A DNA stretch of 64,000 nucleotides from assembly GCF_006345805.1 (NCBI RefSeq), contig NC_043017.1, forward strand, positions 186,001 through 250,000, read 5' to 3'. Shown one piece after another: positions 49,376-62,001 of the stretch; position 1 is the stretch's first letter; each line of letters starts with the position of its first letter. The DNA is from Octopus sinensis (Eukaryota). The notes beneath the pieces were generated by a model. That model did not search any database. It was given only the letters and a program-made list of their open reading frames with translations, and was not told the DNA's origin. Made by a program: the position numbers and the translations under genes.

Positions 49376-49689
49376 TATATATGTGTGTGTGTGTAATTGC
49401 ATACACACAGACACACACACACAGTGCTATTCTGAATGTGCCAAGCATATATCAATTATTGTTTTCATATTTTTCACATGAAAAGTATGAAAAGTATTTG
49501 TATGCATTCTAAGCTACACTTGTACTCTATACAAAGGTGTGGCTAACAAGTACCTGGGGCTAGAAGCATTTTCCTGTTCCAGAAGAATAAGCCCTGACCT
49601 TTCCCAGTGTTCTTCTGGCTATGTTCCTTTGTGATAAAAGGTCACTCTTTGAAGGTCGCAACCCTCTTAATATTTCACAAATATTTAAG

Positions 49690-50690
49690 GCAGGGGGAGC
49701 TGGCAGAATAATTAGCACAGTGGGCAAAATGCTTACCAACATTTTGTCCATCCTTGTGTTCTGAGTTCAAATTCTGTCAAGGTTGACTTTAACTTTCATC
49801 CCTTTCAGGGTCGAAAGAATAAGTACATGTAGAGCACTAGGGTCGATGTAATCAACTTATTCCCTCTCTCAAAATTGCAGGCCTTGTGCCAAAATTTGAA
49901 ACCCTTATTATTATTACTATTATTATTGCAGTAGTGAGCTGGCAGAATTGTTAGCACGCTTGGCTAAATGCTTAGTGGCATGTCTGCATGTTCTAGGTTT
50001 GAATTCAGCCATGGTCATCTTTGCTTTTCATCCTCTCAGGCGATAAACCAGTCCCCACCCCATCCAAATTTCAGGCTTTGTGCCTCCAATAAAAAGGATT
50101 ATTATTATCAAGGTGGAAGCTAGCAAATCGCTAGCATGCAGAGCAAAATGCTTAGTGGCATTTCATCCAAGTTCTAATTCCACCGAGGTCAACTTTGCCT
50201 TTCATCCTTTCGAGGTTGATAAATTATGTACCGGTGAAATACTGGGGTCGATGTAATTGACTAGTTCCCTCCCATCAAATTTCAGGTCTTGTGTCTCCAA
50301 TAGATAGGATTATTATTATCAAGGTGGCAAGCTGGCAGAAGCGTTAGCATGCTGTGCAAAATGCCTGGTGGCATTTCATCCGAGATCTAATTTCTGCTGA
50401 GGCTGAGTTTGCCTTTTATCCCTTTTAAGGTCAACGAAATAAGTACCATAAGAGTACTGGGGTCGATGTAATTCACTTACTCAGTCCCTTGAAATTGCTG
50501 GCCTTGTGCCACAATCTGCAACCAATATTTCACAAACTTTGTGGAGGTATTTTTTCCATAACATGCTGTTATTGTTATTGTCGTTCAGCCTGCATTATGG
50601 CATACTGCCGAGTAGGTAGAGCATCATATAAAACAACTTGCCCTATTTGTTCTATGTCTCTGTACTCTGAGTTCAAATCTAGATGAGGGC
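49690..50690 (+). mobile_element. Head-to-tail array of at least 4 family 2 SINEs
   Basis: Heads GRGCTGGCAGAA or a variant at about 49697, 49937, 50117 and 50329, separated by (ATT)n tails. Confidence 0.85.
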
Positions 50691-51171
50691 AACTGTGCCA
50701 CCTATCAAATCTACTCAGCAAAATTTTGGTCAACCCGGGGATATAGTAGAAGACACATGTCCCAGGTGCTACACTGAGGGACTGAACCTAAAACCAGAAG
50801 GTTGGAAGTCAAACTTCTTACAACACAGGCAGGCATGCATCAACGTGGATATATATATATATATATTATTATCTGTGTTTGGATTGTCCTTGCACAGGGG
50901 CCATCCAGACTCCTGTTTGCACCGTGAACAGGGATTAATCTTCTCTCTTTATTCCTTTGCATCACATGGGCTCAACTCTCCTCCCCTCTTCATCTAACCT
51001 CTCCACCTCGCCTTTCTCCACCTCACACCTACTTCCCCCCACCCACCTCCCCTCTCTTGCTCCAACTCCTACTTCTCTTCACTCCTACTCTCCTCACTGC
51101 TGCCCACCTTCCCCTCCCCTTCATCGTTACCCCTCCCTTGTAACCCCACCCCATCATATATATATGCATAT

Positions 51172-51970
51172 CATCATCATCGTTTAACATCTGTTTTCCA
51201 TGCTAGCATGGGTTGGACGGTTCGACCGGGGTCTGGGAAGCCAGGATGCTGCACCAGGCTCCAGTCTGATCTAGCAGTGTTTCTACAGCTGGATGCCCTT
51301 CCTAACGCCAACCACCCCGTGAGTGTAGTGGGTGCTTTTTACATGTCACCGGCACAGGGGCCAGAGGAGGCTGGCAACGTCCACAATCAGTTGGTGCTTT
51401 TTACGTGCCACCGGCACAGAAGCCAGTCAAGGCAGCGCTGGCATCAGCCACGTTTGGATGGTGCTTTTTACATGCCACCGGCACAGGTATCACAACTACA
51501 ATTTCCATTTGATTTTTGATGATGATGTACTTGACTCAATAGGTCTCCTCAAGCACAGTGTGAGTATATATATATCATCATCGTTTAACGTCCACTATCC
51601 ATGCTAGCTTAGGTTGGACGATTTGACTGAGGAGTGGCAAACCAGATGGCTGTGCCAGGCTCCAATCTTGATCTGGCAGAGCTTCCACAGCCGGATGCCC
51701 TTCCTAACGCCAATCACTCCGAGAGTGCAGTGGGTGCTTTTACATGCCACCTGCACAAGGGCCAGTCTGGTGGTACTGGCTATGGCCATGCTCGAAACGG
51801 TGTTTCTTTACTTGCCACCTGCACAAGGAGTCAGTCCAGCAGCATTGGCAATGACCTCACTGGAATGTTTATTTCACGTGTCCACCAGCACAAGTGCCAG
51901 TAAGGCGACGCTGGTAACAACCATGCTCAAAAGGTGCTTTTTACGTGCCCACTGGCACGGAAGCCATAAT
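51172..51970 (-). mobile_element. Two tandem family 3 SINEs
   Basis: CATCATCGTTTAAC tails at about 51175 and about 51578. Confidence 0.8.
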
Positions 51971-52016
51971 ATATATATATGTGTGTGTGTGTACGTGTGT
52001 ATTTGCATAATATATA

Positions 52017-52785
52017 TCTCTATATATAAAACTGAAATGCGTTTTTACAGCTTGGATCGCTTTCAATGCCACTACGTCCCGTCCGATTCGCTCCAAAATT
52101 TACAGGGACATGTAGAATGAGGTGATGATGCTCGTGGGCTACCTTAGAAATCCCTATCTTAAAAGGTGTGGTTGCTAGGGGCCATCTTCCTCACACATGC
52201 TATTTCCTCCTTTCCCTCTCTTACTTCCCTTCATATATAACTTTGATAGATCCACTACCGTTATTTAAAGTATCTGTCGCTCTCGCTATTTCCTCTCTTT
52301 TTCACTGACTCTGTTTCCTACGTTCCCGTCACTTCGGCAGCTTTCTTTTAAGTATCTGTCTGTCACCAACAACACACGAGCATGAGAACAGATTTTATGA
52401 ATCAGATATTCTTGCATTCATTTATGTGTGTGTGTGTGTTCTATATATAAATATGTATATATAATGTATGTGTGTGTGTGTGTTCTATATATAAATATGT
52501 ATATATAATGTATATATACAAAGTGTATATATCAGTATTTATGTATATTAAACTTTTTCATAGTTATATATATTTTTAAACAAATTATAAATATAATTTA
52601 ATAATTTTTATTTTCAATTTAAATAATTTAAATTTTTCAATTTTATATTCTATATATTTTCTATATTATATTTTTTTTTATGTTTTTGTTTTTTCACTGT
52701 TTGATTTGCCTATTAGTGGTTTTCTCTCTAATTTAATTTATACAGATATATATCTCATTTGTATACATTTGTATATATAATGCAT

Positions 52786-52834
<49 letters not shown>

Positions 52835-53969
52835 CATATATATATATATATATAGATATAATGTGTGCATAACGTAGTAGGTCGATTCAGCTGAAAATAT
52901 GCACACCTATGTTAAAAGTGCTGGCAAGTTTGCATGACAACTATTTTTTTCCTCAAATGAAAGGCATCACCTCTAGGACAAAATTCCTCATCTTATAAAA
53001 TGTGGCCCCAGTAGACCCGAATGAAATCGGGTTATATTAACCAAAATGTGAAAAGGGGTCTAAATGGGGCTGGAAGGGGATTAAAATTTCAAGGAGCGGG
53101 TGTTTAGGAATTCTCTGTTACATCAAGCTAAAAAATTTGCGCCAGCCTTTTAATCGTCAATGTGTTGCCGTCCATGATAAAGAAGTTTTGAATGCTTGCC
53201 ATGGTGAGTCTACTGTCGTGAGAAAGAATCACTTCAAAACTCGGTGTTTACGAATTTTCTTTTACATCAAGTTCAAAATTTTACGCCAGCCGTTAAACTG
53301 TCAATACGTTGTTGTCCGTCATTAAGAAATGCCAGCCATGGTGACTCTACTATCCTCAGATTCTATCCCTTCAAACTTTGGTTTCCAAAATTTTATTATT
53401 TTTATTCAGCTCGCAAGTTCGTCTGTCCCTTTTAAATGTTAGCGTTTTGCTGTCTGCCTTGAAGCAGACCTTTCCGTTGCCACTGCCTGATATTTATGAT
53501 TGATCTTTCTAAATATTTTATTTCTCAACTTACTCAAGATCTTCTGTTGTTTATAAATGGAAGAGAGATAGATAAAGATAGAGAGTAAGAGAAAGCGAGG
53601 GAGAGTCCGAGAGAAAAGAAAAGTAAGAGAGTGGGAAAGTGAGAGAGAAAGGAGAGAAACAAAGACGGAGAATCATCATCATCATCATCGTTTAACGTCC
53701 GTTTTCCGTGTGACCGGGGTCTGGGAAGCCAGGAGGCTGCACCAGGCTCCAGTCTGATCTGGCAGTGTTTCTACAGGTGGATGACCTTCCTAACGCCAAC
53801 CACTCTGTGAGTGTAGTGGGTGCTTTTTTTGTGCCACTGGCACAGAAGCAAGTCAAGGCGGCGCTGCAATCGGCCACGTTCGGATGGTGCTTTTTACGTG
53901 CTGAAAGGAAGCAACAGAAAGTAACAACCACACTCTTACCCGCGCGTAGAGCAGGTCACCTTCAGCTAG
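52017..53969 (+). mobile_element. Non-autonomous Helitron with an internal duplication of about 130 bp and nested SINE/microsatellites
   Basis: TCTCTATATATAAAACTG start; hairpin ACCCGCGCGTAGAGCAGGT and CTAG|T at 53966-53970; nested family 3 SINE at about 53675-53900. Confidence 0.65.
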
Positions 53970-54184
53970 TATAATATATATATATGTATAATAAATATGT
54001 CAGGTCATCCCATAAGTTCTGTCCAATTTTACCTTTTTTAAAATTGAATGAAATTTAATAGTATTTTAGAATGTCTAATGGAATTAAAAATTATGCAGTT
54101 GATTACATTTAAACTAATTAAATATTATTTTACAGAATAATAGAATTAAAATTTCTTTGATTAAAACCCTTTCTAACATGGAAG

Positions 54185-54217
<33 letters not shown>

Positions 54218-54247
54218 TATATAATAGATAGATAGATATGTGCATAA

Positions 54248-54705
54248 TCATCATCATCATCGTTTAACGTCCACTTTCCATGCTAGCATGGGTTGGACGA
54301 TTTTGACTGAGGGCTGGTGAGCCAGATGGCTGCACCAGGCTCCAATCTTGATCTGGCAGAGTTTCTACAGCTGGATGCCCTTCCTAATGCCAACCACTCC
54401 GAGAGTGTAGTGGGTGCTTTTTTACGTGCCACCGGCATGGGGGCCAGTCAGGCGGTATTGGCAATGACCTCGCTTGAATCTTTTTACACGTTCCACCGGC
54501 ACAGGTGCCAGTAAGGCGACGTTGGTAACGATCACACACGAATGGTGCCCTTTTACGTGCCACAGGTAAAGAAGCCAGTTGGCTGCTCTGGCAACGATCA
54601 CGCTCGGATGGTGCTCTTGGCACCCTACTAGCACAAGCATAAGGCATAGGTATATATATAATACATATATGTATAATAAATATATATGCATGTATATATA
54701 TGTGC

Positions 54706-54776
<71 letters not shown>

Positions 54777-55040
54777 ATACATATATATATAGGTGGCACG
54801 TAAAATGCACCAATCTGACCGTGGCCGATGCCAGCCTCGCCTAGCTCCAGTGCAGGTGGCACGTAAAAAGCACCCACTACACTCACGAAGTGGTTGGCGT
54901 TAGGAAGGGCATCCAGCTGTAGAAACATTGCCAGATAAGACCGGAGCCTGGTGCAGCCTTCTGGCTTCCCAGATCCCCGGTCAAACCGTCCAACCCATGC
55001 TAGCATGGAGAACGGACGTTAAACGATGATGATGATGATG
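54248..55040. mobile_element. Inverted pair of family 3 SINEs around (TA)n
   Basis: (-) copy at about 54248-54650 and (+) copy at about 54790-55040. Confidence 0.85.
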
Positions 55041-55189
55041 TATAATAAATATATATGCATGTAGAATATATATTACTAAGTTATATGCATGTAGAATATA
55101 TACTACTAAGTTATGGGAATGTATACACACTAGCATTAGTTGTCAAGCAATGTTGGAGGGAGAAACACAGACACACAAACATATAGACA

Positions 55190-57850
55190 CGCACATTATG
55201 GCTGCCCCCTCGTTATCGAGTATGGCCATTGCACGAAGCTTAACTGTTACTGGTGCTGTGATTGAATGTGACTTTTTAGCCCAGCTAAAGATCTACAATG
55301 TCTTGTACAGAATTGACAACTAAAACCTTTACCGCTAATAGCCGGCTGTAGTTGTAACTGGGCTTCATGTACCTTTGCATGTCGTTTAAGTCCTCCTGCC
55401 GAATTACACTCTCTTCCACATGCCCGACAGATATGATTAGTATGGTGTGTTACACCACCACCAGTGGCCAGGATGTCACTCATCTGTCTCGCTTTATGAC
55501 TACGAAGATGACTCTTGAGTCCAGCTTTACTGAGGCAGGGTCTTGCACAGACATTGCATGTCAGAATCAAAGGAAGATCCTTCCCTTCTGGAAGTGTAAC
55601 AGCGATGCCCTTCCTGACATCCCTCCTTACTTTCTCATGTGCAACTCAAGATTTCTCAAACGTAGCTGTCCCCTCACGCACAATCCTTCTCCACCTGCTA
55701 CAATCAATAGCTATGCCTTCCCGTGTGTCAGGAGAGATGGAAGCATCTCTTAAGGAAGCCTTCAGCAAGTCCTTATACCTCTTTTTTGGTTTATGTGGAG
55801 GTCGTTCTCCTTTAGCAAACTCTCCATAAAAGAGTTGCTTTGGCATCCTTGAATCCTTCATCCTGACCAGATGACCACTCCATCTGAGCCTTTGCTTTAA
55901 CACAAGAGCTTCTATACTTTCACACCAAGAGCTTTCCAATATTTCAAGATCACTGATGCGGTCCTTCCACTTAATGCCATAGATCCGTCTGAGGCACATC
56001 TGATGGAAACGTTCCAGTTGTTTAAGGTGGTATCGATATGTGACCCACGTCTCGCAGGCATAGAGAAGAGAAGGGAGCACACATGCCTTGTACACCTTTA
56101 TCTTTGTCTTTCTGCATATGTCTCGCCAACTCCAGAGGCGCTTTTCTAGCATACCGAAGGCAACACTTGCTTTCCAAATTCTATATGGAATTTCATCATC
56201 CAAATTGCCATATCTATTAATAGTGCTTCCCAGGTAGACAAACTGATCAACTACATCAAGTCGTTTACCATACACAGATATTTGGTACAATATACTGCTT
56301 ACCAAGGGCAGGTTGATGCATGACAACAGTTTTCTTGAGATTGACTGTCAATCCTAAGGCAGTGCAAGCATCAGAGAATGCATTCAAAATGTGTTGCATA
56401 TCAATCTCTGTATGTGATACTAGCTCACAATCATCTGCATACAAAAGGTCTCTTACGATAGAGGCAAATACCTTTGTTTTTGCAGCAAAGTGTCTGATAT
56501 TAAATATGCTGCCAGAGGTTCGATAATGGATGTAAACACCGTATCTGCAGTTTCTGAATGCAATACAGAACACCATCACAAAATATATGGAAAATAGGGT
56601 CGGTGCCAGAATATCCCCCTGTTTCACTCCATTTTGTATTGAAATGGGCTCCGACATTTTCTCTCTAACATTCACCCTATCATTCATGTCTTCATGAAAA
56701 GACGTAACCAAAGCAAGGAACTTTTCAGGACACCCAAGTTTCTGGAGGACTTTCCACAATGCTTTTCTATTGACGGTATCAAAGGCTTTTGTCAGATTGA
56801 CAAAAACCTGATACAAATTCAGACCCTGATCCACACACTTCTCTTGAAGCTGTCTAGCTGAATAGATCATATCAGCAGTGCCATGTCCCACACGAAAGCC
56901 AGATTGACTTTCTGGAAGAACACAATCTGCAACATATTTCAGCAGACGATCCAGAAGTATCCTACATAAAACCTTTCCTACGACAGACAGCAATGATACT
57001 CCCCTATAATTACCTCAATCATTCCTGTTGCCCTTTCCTTTATACAGGACCACCATTACTGTATCTCTCCAGTCCTCAGGTACAAATTCACTAGTCCATA
57101 TCTTACCAAACAAAGAGTGAAGTTTCTGCAGAAGTTTCTCACCACCATGTTGTAACAACTCCACATGTATGCCATCCATACCTGGAAACTTCCCATTATT
57201 CAACCTTGAGACAGCCATCGCAACTTCTTCCAACTTTGGTGGTTCTGCGAGTGCTGCCTTCACAGGTAATCCAGGGATGAGATTGAGAACATCCTCACTA
57301 ACTACAGACTGCTGATTCAAAAGTTCATCAAAGTGTTCTTCCCACCTTTGCAGATATCCTTGTGAATCACGAAGAAGTTCTTTACCATCCCTGCTTCGAA
57401 GTGGTGTCATCAGGGAAGACGTCAGTCCATAAACTTCTCGCAAGAGACCATACAAGAGCTTTGAGTTATTGGAATCTGATGCTACCTGTATCTCATTAGC
57501 CTTCTTACTCCACCACGTATCCCTCATCTGAGAGAGCCTTTGCCTCACACGTGATTTTACGTCCTTGAGTTCCCTGTGAAACACTTCCCTTTCCTGTGGC
57601 TTTGCTGACAAATAGCATAACAAAGTACATCTTTTATCAGCCAAATCATCTATATGTTCATCATTTTCTTTAAACCAATCTTGATGCTTTCTTTGTATCA
57701 ATCCCAGAACTTTCTTGCCTATATCATAAATTGACTTTTTAAGGGTCGGCCAATCCTCCCCAATATCTGCAGCATTCATTTCCTCTCGTAAAGTTCTCTT
57801 CACACTATTACACTTAAGACAATCAACATTCAGTCTTTTAGACAGTGCAA
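55190..57850 (-). pseudogene. Second RTE (BovB-like) LINE, 5'-truncated, with three C-terminal C2H2 zinc fingers
   Basis: GKFPGMDGI, NYRGVSLL, QSGF, GVKQG and LLYADD, then LLYACETW...QRLRWSGH. Contains an in-frame stop near 57015 and frameshifts. Confidence 0.92.
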
Positions 57851-57869
57851 TATATATATAAATATATAT

Positions 57870-57902
<33 letters not shown>

Positions 57903-57978
57903 TGTGTGTGTGTGTGTGGTGATGTGTGTGTTGGGTGTATATATTATATGTATATATATATATATATTATATATATAC

Positions 57979-58014
<36 letters not shown>

Positions 58015-58015
<1 letters not shown>

Positions 58016-58725
58016 AAGAAAGGATCAGAGTATACAAAGGAGCCATGAAGAAATTTGATAATATATTATGTAATGATAAGAATGGGATTTGCCCAATCTA
58101 TAGGAACAAGTCATGGAACACTATAGAAAGGACAAAAAAGAAAATAGGGAAGGTCAACTCTTGGTATGATAGCCATAAATACCAGAGTGTCATGTTCGTT
58201 GACACCACCCCTGGAGGTGAACTGGCGTACCGCTTTAGAAGGACCCTAGATAAACTTAAACTAAGAATTAAGGTTGTTGAAAAGCCAGGCAACCCTATCA
58301 GATCTATAATTGGTAGAACCTATCCTTTTAGTAGAACCCTCTGTACGGATAACTATTGCACTGTATGTAGATTTAGCCCACAAACAAACTGTAAAGCCAG
58401 AAATGTAGTCTATAGTATAAGATGTATAGAGGGACGATGCAGTAACAAGACAACGACATACGTAGGGGAAGCGGCAAGAAGCATTGGAGAGCTGGTGAAT
58501 GAACATTGGAGACAACTCAAGGAAGGTAAAAGCTCATCGATTCTGTACCAACACGCCGAACAGGAACACGGGGGATCAATCAATAACATAGAGATTAAGA
58601 TATTGTCCACACATAGAACAGATGCAACAATTAGACAAATTACAGAAGCTACACATATAATAGAAAATAAACCTAGCCTGAATAGAAAACTAGAATGGAG
58701 CAATAGCACACACCACAACATATGA
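58015..58725 (+). pseudogene. Penelope-like element C-terminus: Cys-rich linker plus GIY-YIG endonuclease
   Basis: CTDNYCTVC...[11 protein letters not shown]...C...[11 protein letters not shown]...EH...HAEQEH...EATHI...LN. 5'-truncated at a microsatellite. Confidence 0.9.
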
Positions 58726-58851
58726 CGATAGAGGATCCTGAAAACATAATAAATACACAGATAAATAAACAAATAGAAATGAATAACTATATATATGTAT
58801 ATATATCTATGTATGTATATGTGTATATATATATATATATGTATATGTGTA

Positions 58852-58916
<65 letters not shown>

Positions 58917-59231
58917 TCGATTAGATTTATTATTATTATTACTAATATTGTTGTTATACATACATACAAGCATATGTAATGATAATAATGGGTGGATGTA
59001 AACACATGAACAAAATTAGAACAAAAGCAACAACAAAAACAAAATACAAATTACAAGAATGTATATAAACAGAAGATACAAATATTACAGGCATCCCCCC
59101 CCCCACACACACACTAAATAAACATAGACGCACATAGAGATATAAGCATGCGCAAATGAAGACATACAATAGAAATACAAAATGGCTGACGGTTAGTAAG
59201 GAGAGACACAAATAAGTGAGAAGAAAACAAA

Positions 59232-59276
59232 GGACCACTGATGCAGTCACAGGAGTGTGACGAAAGAACTTTGGCC
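59232..59276 (+). ncRNA. Hammerhead in the putative Penelope 3' pLTR (family D)
   Basis: GGACCA-CUGAUGC A-GUCAC aggagu GUGAC-GAAA G AA CUU-UGGCC. A9 is changed to C and stem III uses G15.2-C16.2. Confidence 0.7.
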
Positions 59277-59386
59277 GAAATAAGATTAAGATTAATGTAA
59301 AAAATAAATATCACTGAAGCAAAATAAACCAAATATATAGTGCGTGTGTTTTTATTGGCTAACGGCAATATGACCATTCCGAATAT

Positions 59387-59389
<3 letters not shown>

Positions 59390-59433
<44 letters not shown>

Positions 59434-59549
59434 ATAATATATATATATATATAATAGTATATATGTACATATCCAATGTATGTATGTATATATATAATAT
59501 ATATATGCATGCATATATATGTGTGTGAATATAGTTTTGTGCGTGTATG

Positions 59550-59580
<31 letters not shown>

Positions 59581-59653
59581 ATTTATATATGTAAGTATAC
59601 ATGTATACATATATACATACATATATATGTGTGTGAATATATGTTTGTGTGTG

Positions 59654-59696
<43 letters not shown>

Positions 59697-60499
59697 ATTT
59701 ATATATGTAAGTATACATGTATACATATATACATACATATAGATGTATATGTATGTGTAATTATATATATATATATTTATATCTGAATATATATTTTTTT
59801 ATATACACATATAGACATAAATAAGAATAAATGCAAATGGCTACCATGCACACATGTGTGTGTGTGTGTGTGTGTGCATGTGTGAGTGAGTGTATGTTTA
59901 TCAGTGACATTATAAGTATCAATCTATTTATATAGCGATGGAAAAATTCAGCGAATAAAACCAAACCTTGCGGCACGCCTGAGCTGTTAGAATACAGAAT
60001 ATAGATACAACGTCCCACTACACCAGCCACACAACCTATAACAACGGAAGCAGTTGACCATTAAAATTAGGTTGTTTATATTGTTTAGGCTGAAATGATT
60101 GTACGAAGAATTTCTGCTACACTGTACAAGTGATGGCAGACTGGTATGCATATATCTAATATATGTGTATGTGTGTATATATATATATACACACACACAC
60201 AGATGTATGTGTGTGTGTGTGTGTGCGTGCATGTAAGGACAGAATGGAATAGTAGTCAATTTATTCTGTAATGGAGAAAGGTAATGGTGTAGGTTTGTAG
60301 GTGGTGTATGGTTTTGTATTTGCCTTTTGTTTTGGCTTTCATTTTGGTTCTTCCCACGCAATTTACTGTACTTAGAAACAGCCACAGTGCCAGGCCATTC
60401 CTAGATTCCTAGCTGCATTTGTAAAAGTTACACATGTAGATGAGGAATTAGACTACAGATTTTTGTGTATGTGTGTTGGCGAGGATATTTATAGATGTA

Positions 60500-60547
<48 letters not shown>

Positions 60548-60663
60548 TATTTAAAACAAATGTCAATGTGGAAACACATGTAAAAATAATCAAATAAGAC
60601 ACACATATGCATAAATAAATGCACACACAAATGAATATGTGTACACATATACCTGTATGTATG

Positions 60664-60695
<32 letters not shown>

Positions 60696-60920
60696 ATGTA
60701 TGCATGTGTATATATCTATATCTATATATATATACATATATATATGTACGTATGTATATGTATGTATGCATATATATATATGTACGTATATATATATATA
60801 CATACAGGTACTTATAAATATATTTGTATATGTACGTGTGTGTGTGTATGTAGGGGGGTACATAATGTATGTAATGTGTATATATTTATGTATATACATA
60901 TATACACACATACATAAATA
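59390..60920. repeat. Compound (TA)/(TG)/(TATG) microsatellites with short unique spacers
   Basis: Direct inspection. Confidence 0.85.
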
Positions 60921-61444
60921 GGTAGTACCAAAAAAAGATCTTTGAGGCTGTGAAACAGGAATTTTTGAGTGAAACCTTTGTATTGGAATCAAAACCGGTT
61001 CAATGTGTTGAGATAATGGTTAGTTAACCAGGAACCGACTTATGAAAAGGTTTATTGTGTTCTTGGATAGACTGACAGAATATGTAAGTTAAGTGTATGT
61101 GCGTGTACGTGTGTGTACCAATATATACATACATGTGTTTATTGTACAGAAGGAATAACAGGTTTATATACACCCTCAGCAAATATATATAACCAGTCAG
61201 TAGGTCATAAAGAAGCATGCTCTAAAACTTTGGAGTAGTAATAATTAATATAGTTGTTGTTTATGGTCAGTGAGAGAGAGAACGGTATAGGTGACTCATC
61301 AGCCTTGTTGACCAGAGTCACATAACCTCTCCAGTTGTAGAGACGTGATGTGTCACCTCAATTGCTAAGAACTTTATAGGTGTGAAACCGATGGTAGGTA
61401 ACTCCCTAACCAGCCATAACCAACAACAATATCAATTATATATT

Positions 61445-61760
61445 CTTTTTCTTGTTTCTTGTTTCAGCCATTGGACTGCGGCCATGCTGGGGCACTGCCT
61501 TGAAGAATTTCAAGTCAAATGAATTGACCCCAGTACTTTTTATCCATTTTTTTTTTTCCTAAAGCATATTACTTTTTTATCGAGCCCTTTTGCTGAACTG
61601 CTAGGTTCTGGGGACATAAACACACCAATTCTAGTTGTCAAATGGTGTGGAATGGGGGGGGGGGACAAAACCCAGAGACAGACACACATGCATGCACACA
61701 CACGTAGACACACACGATGAGCTTCTTTCGGTTTCCATCTACCAAATCCAAGGCTTTGCT
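61445..61760 (-). mobile_element. SINE family 1
   Basis: GTTTCAGCCATTGGACTGCGGCCATGCTGGGGCAC tail. Confidence 0.75.
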
Positions 61761-62001
61761 CAGAAAAGGGAAACTTGAGTTGAGATCAACAGAGTTAAGG
61801 CATTGATGGCCTATGCACCACATGGAGTGAGTGGAGGCACATGGATTAGTGGTTGGGGTGTTGTGTTCTTCTGCAAAACACTTCATTTCATGTTGCTCCA
61901 GTCCTTATTGATAAGGTGTTGAAATTGTAAAGATTTCTGGTTGGTAACTGATAAGGGACGAGTGTGTCCATGTCCTTTGTGTGCTTCTTTCTTTTTTTCA
62001 G

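Noticed and set aside
53998-54180. Possible mariner-type terminal repeat CAGGTCATCCCATAAGTTCTGTCC
   Set aside because: No partner TIR in the window; cannot be supported.
57850-58046. ORF track joining RTE and Penelope frames across a microsatellite (57015-58046 and 57895-58725)
   Set aside because: The N-terminal parts are microsatellite read-through; the two elements are separate, opposite-strand insertions.
59930-60130. SSGVPQGLVL resembling RT motif 4
   Set aside because: Too short and no collinear neighbouring RT motifs; at best an unrecognisably decayed LINE.
61260-61312. CTGATGA plus a GTCA/TGAC stem on the minus strand
   Set aside because: No GAAA after the stem; probably chance.
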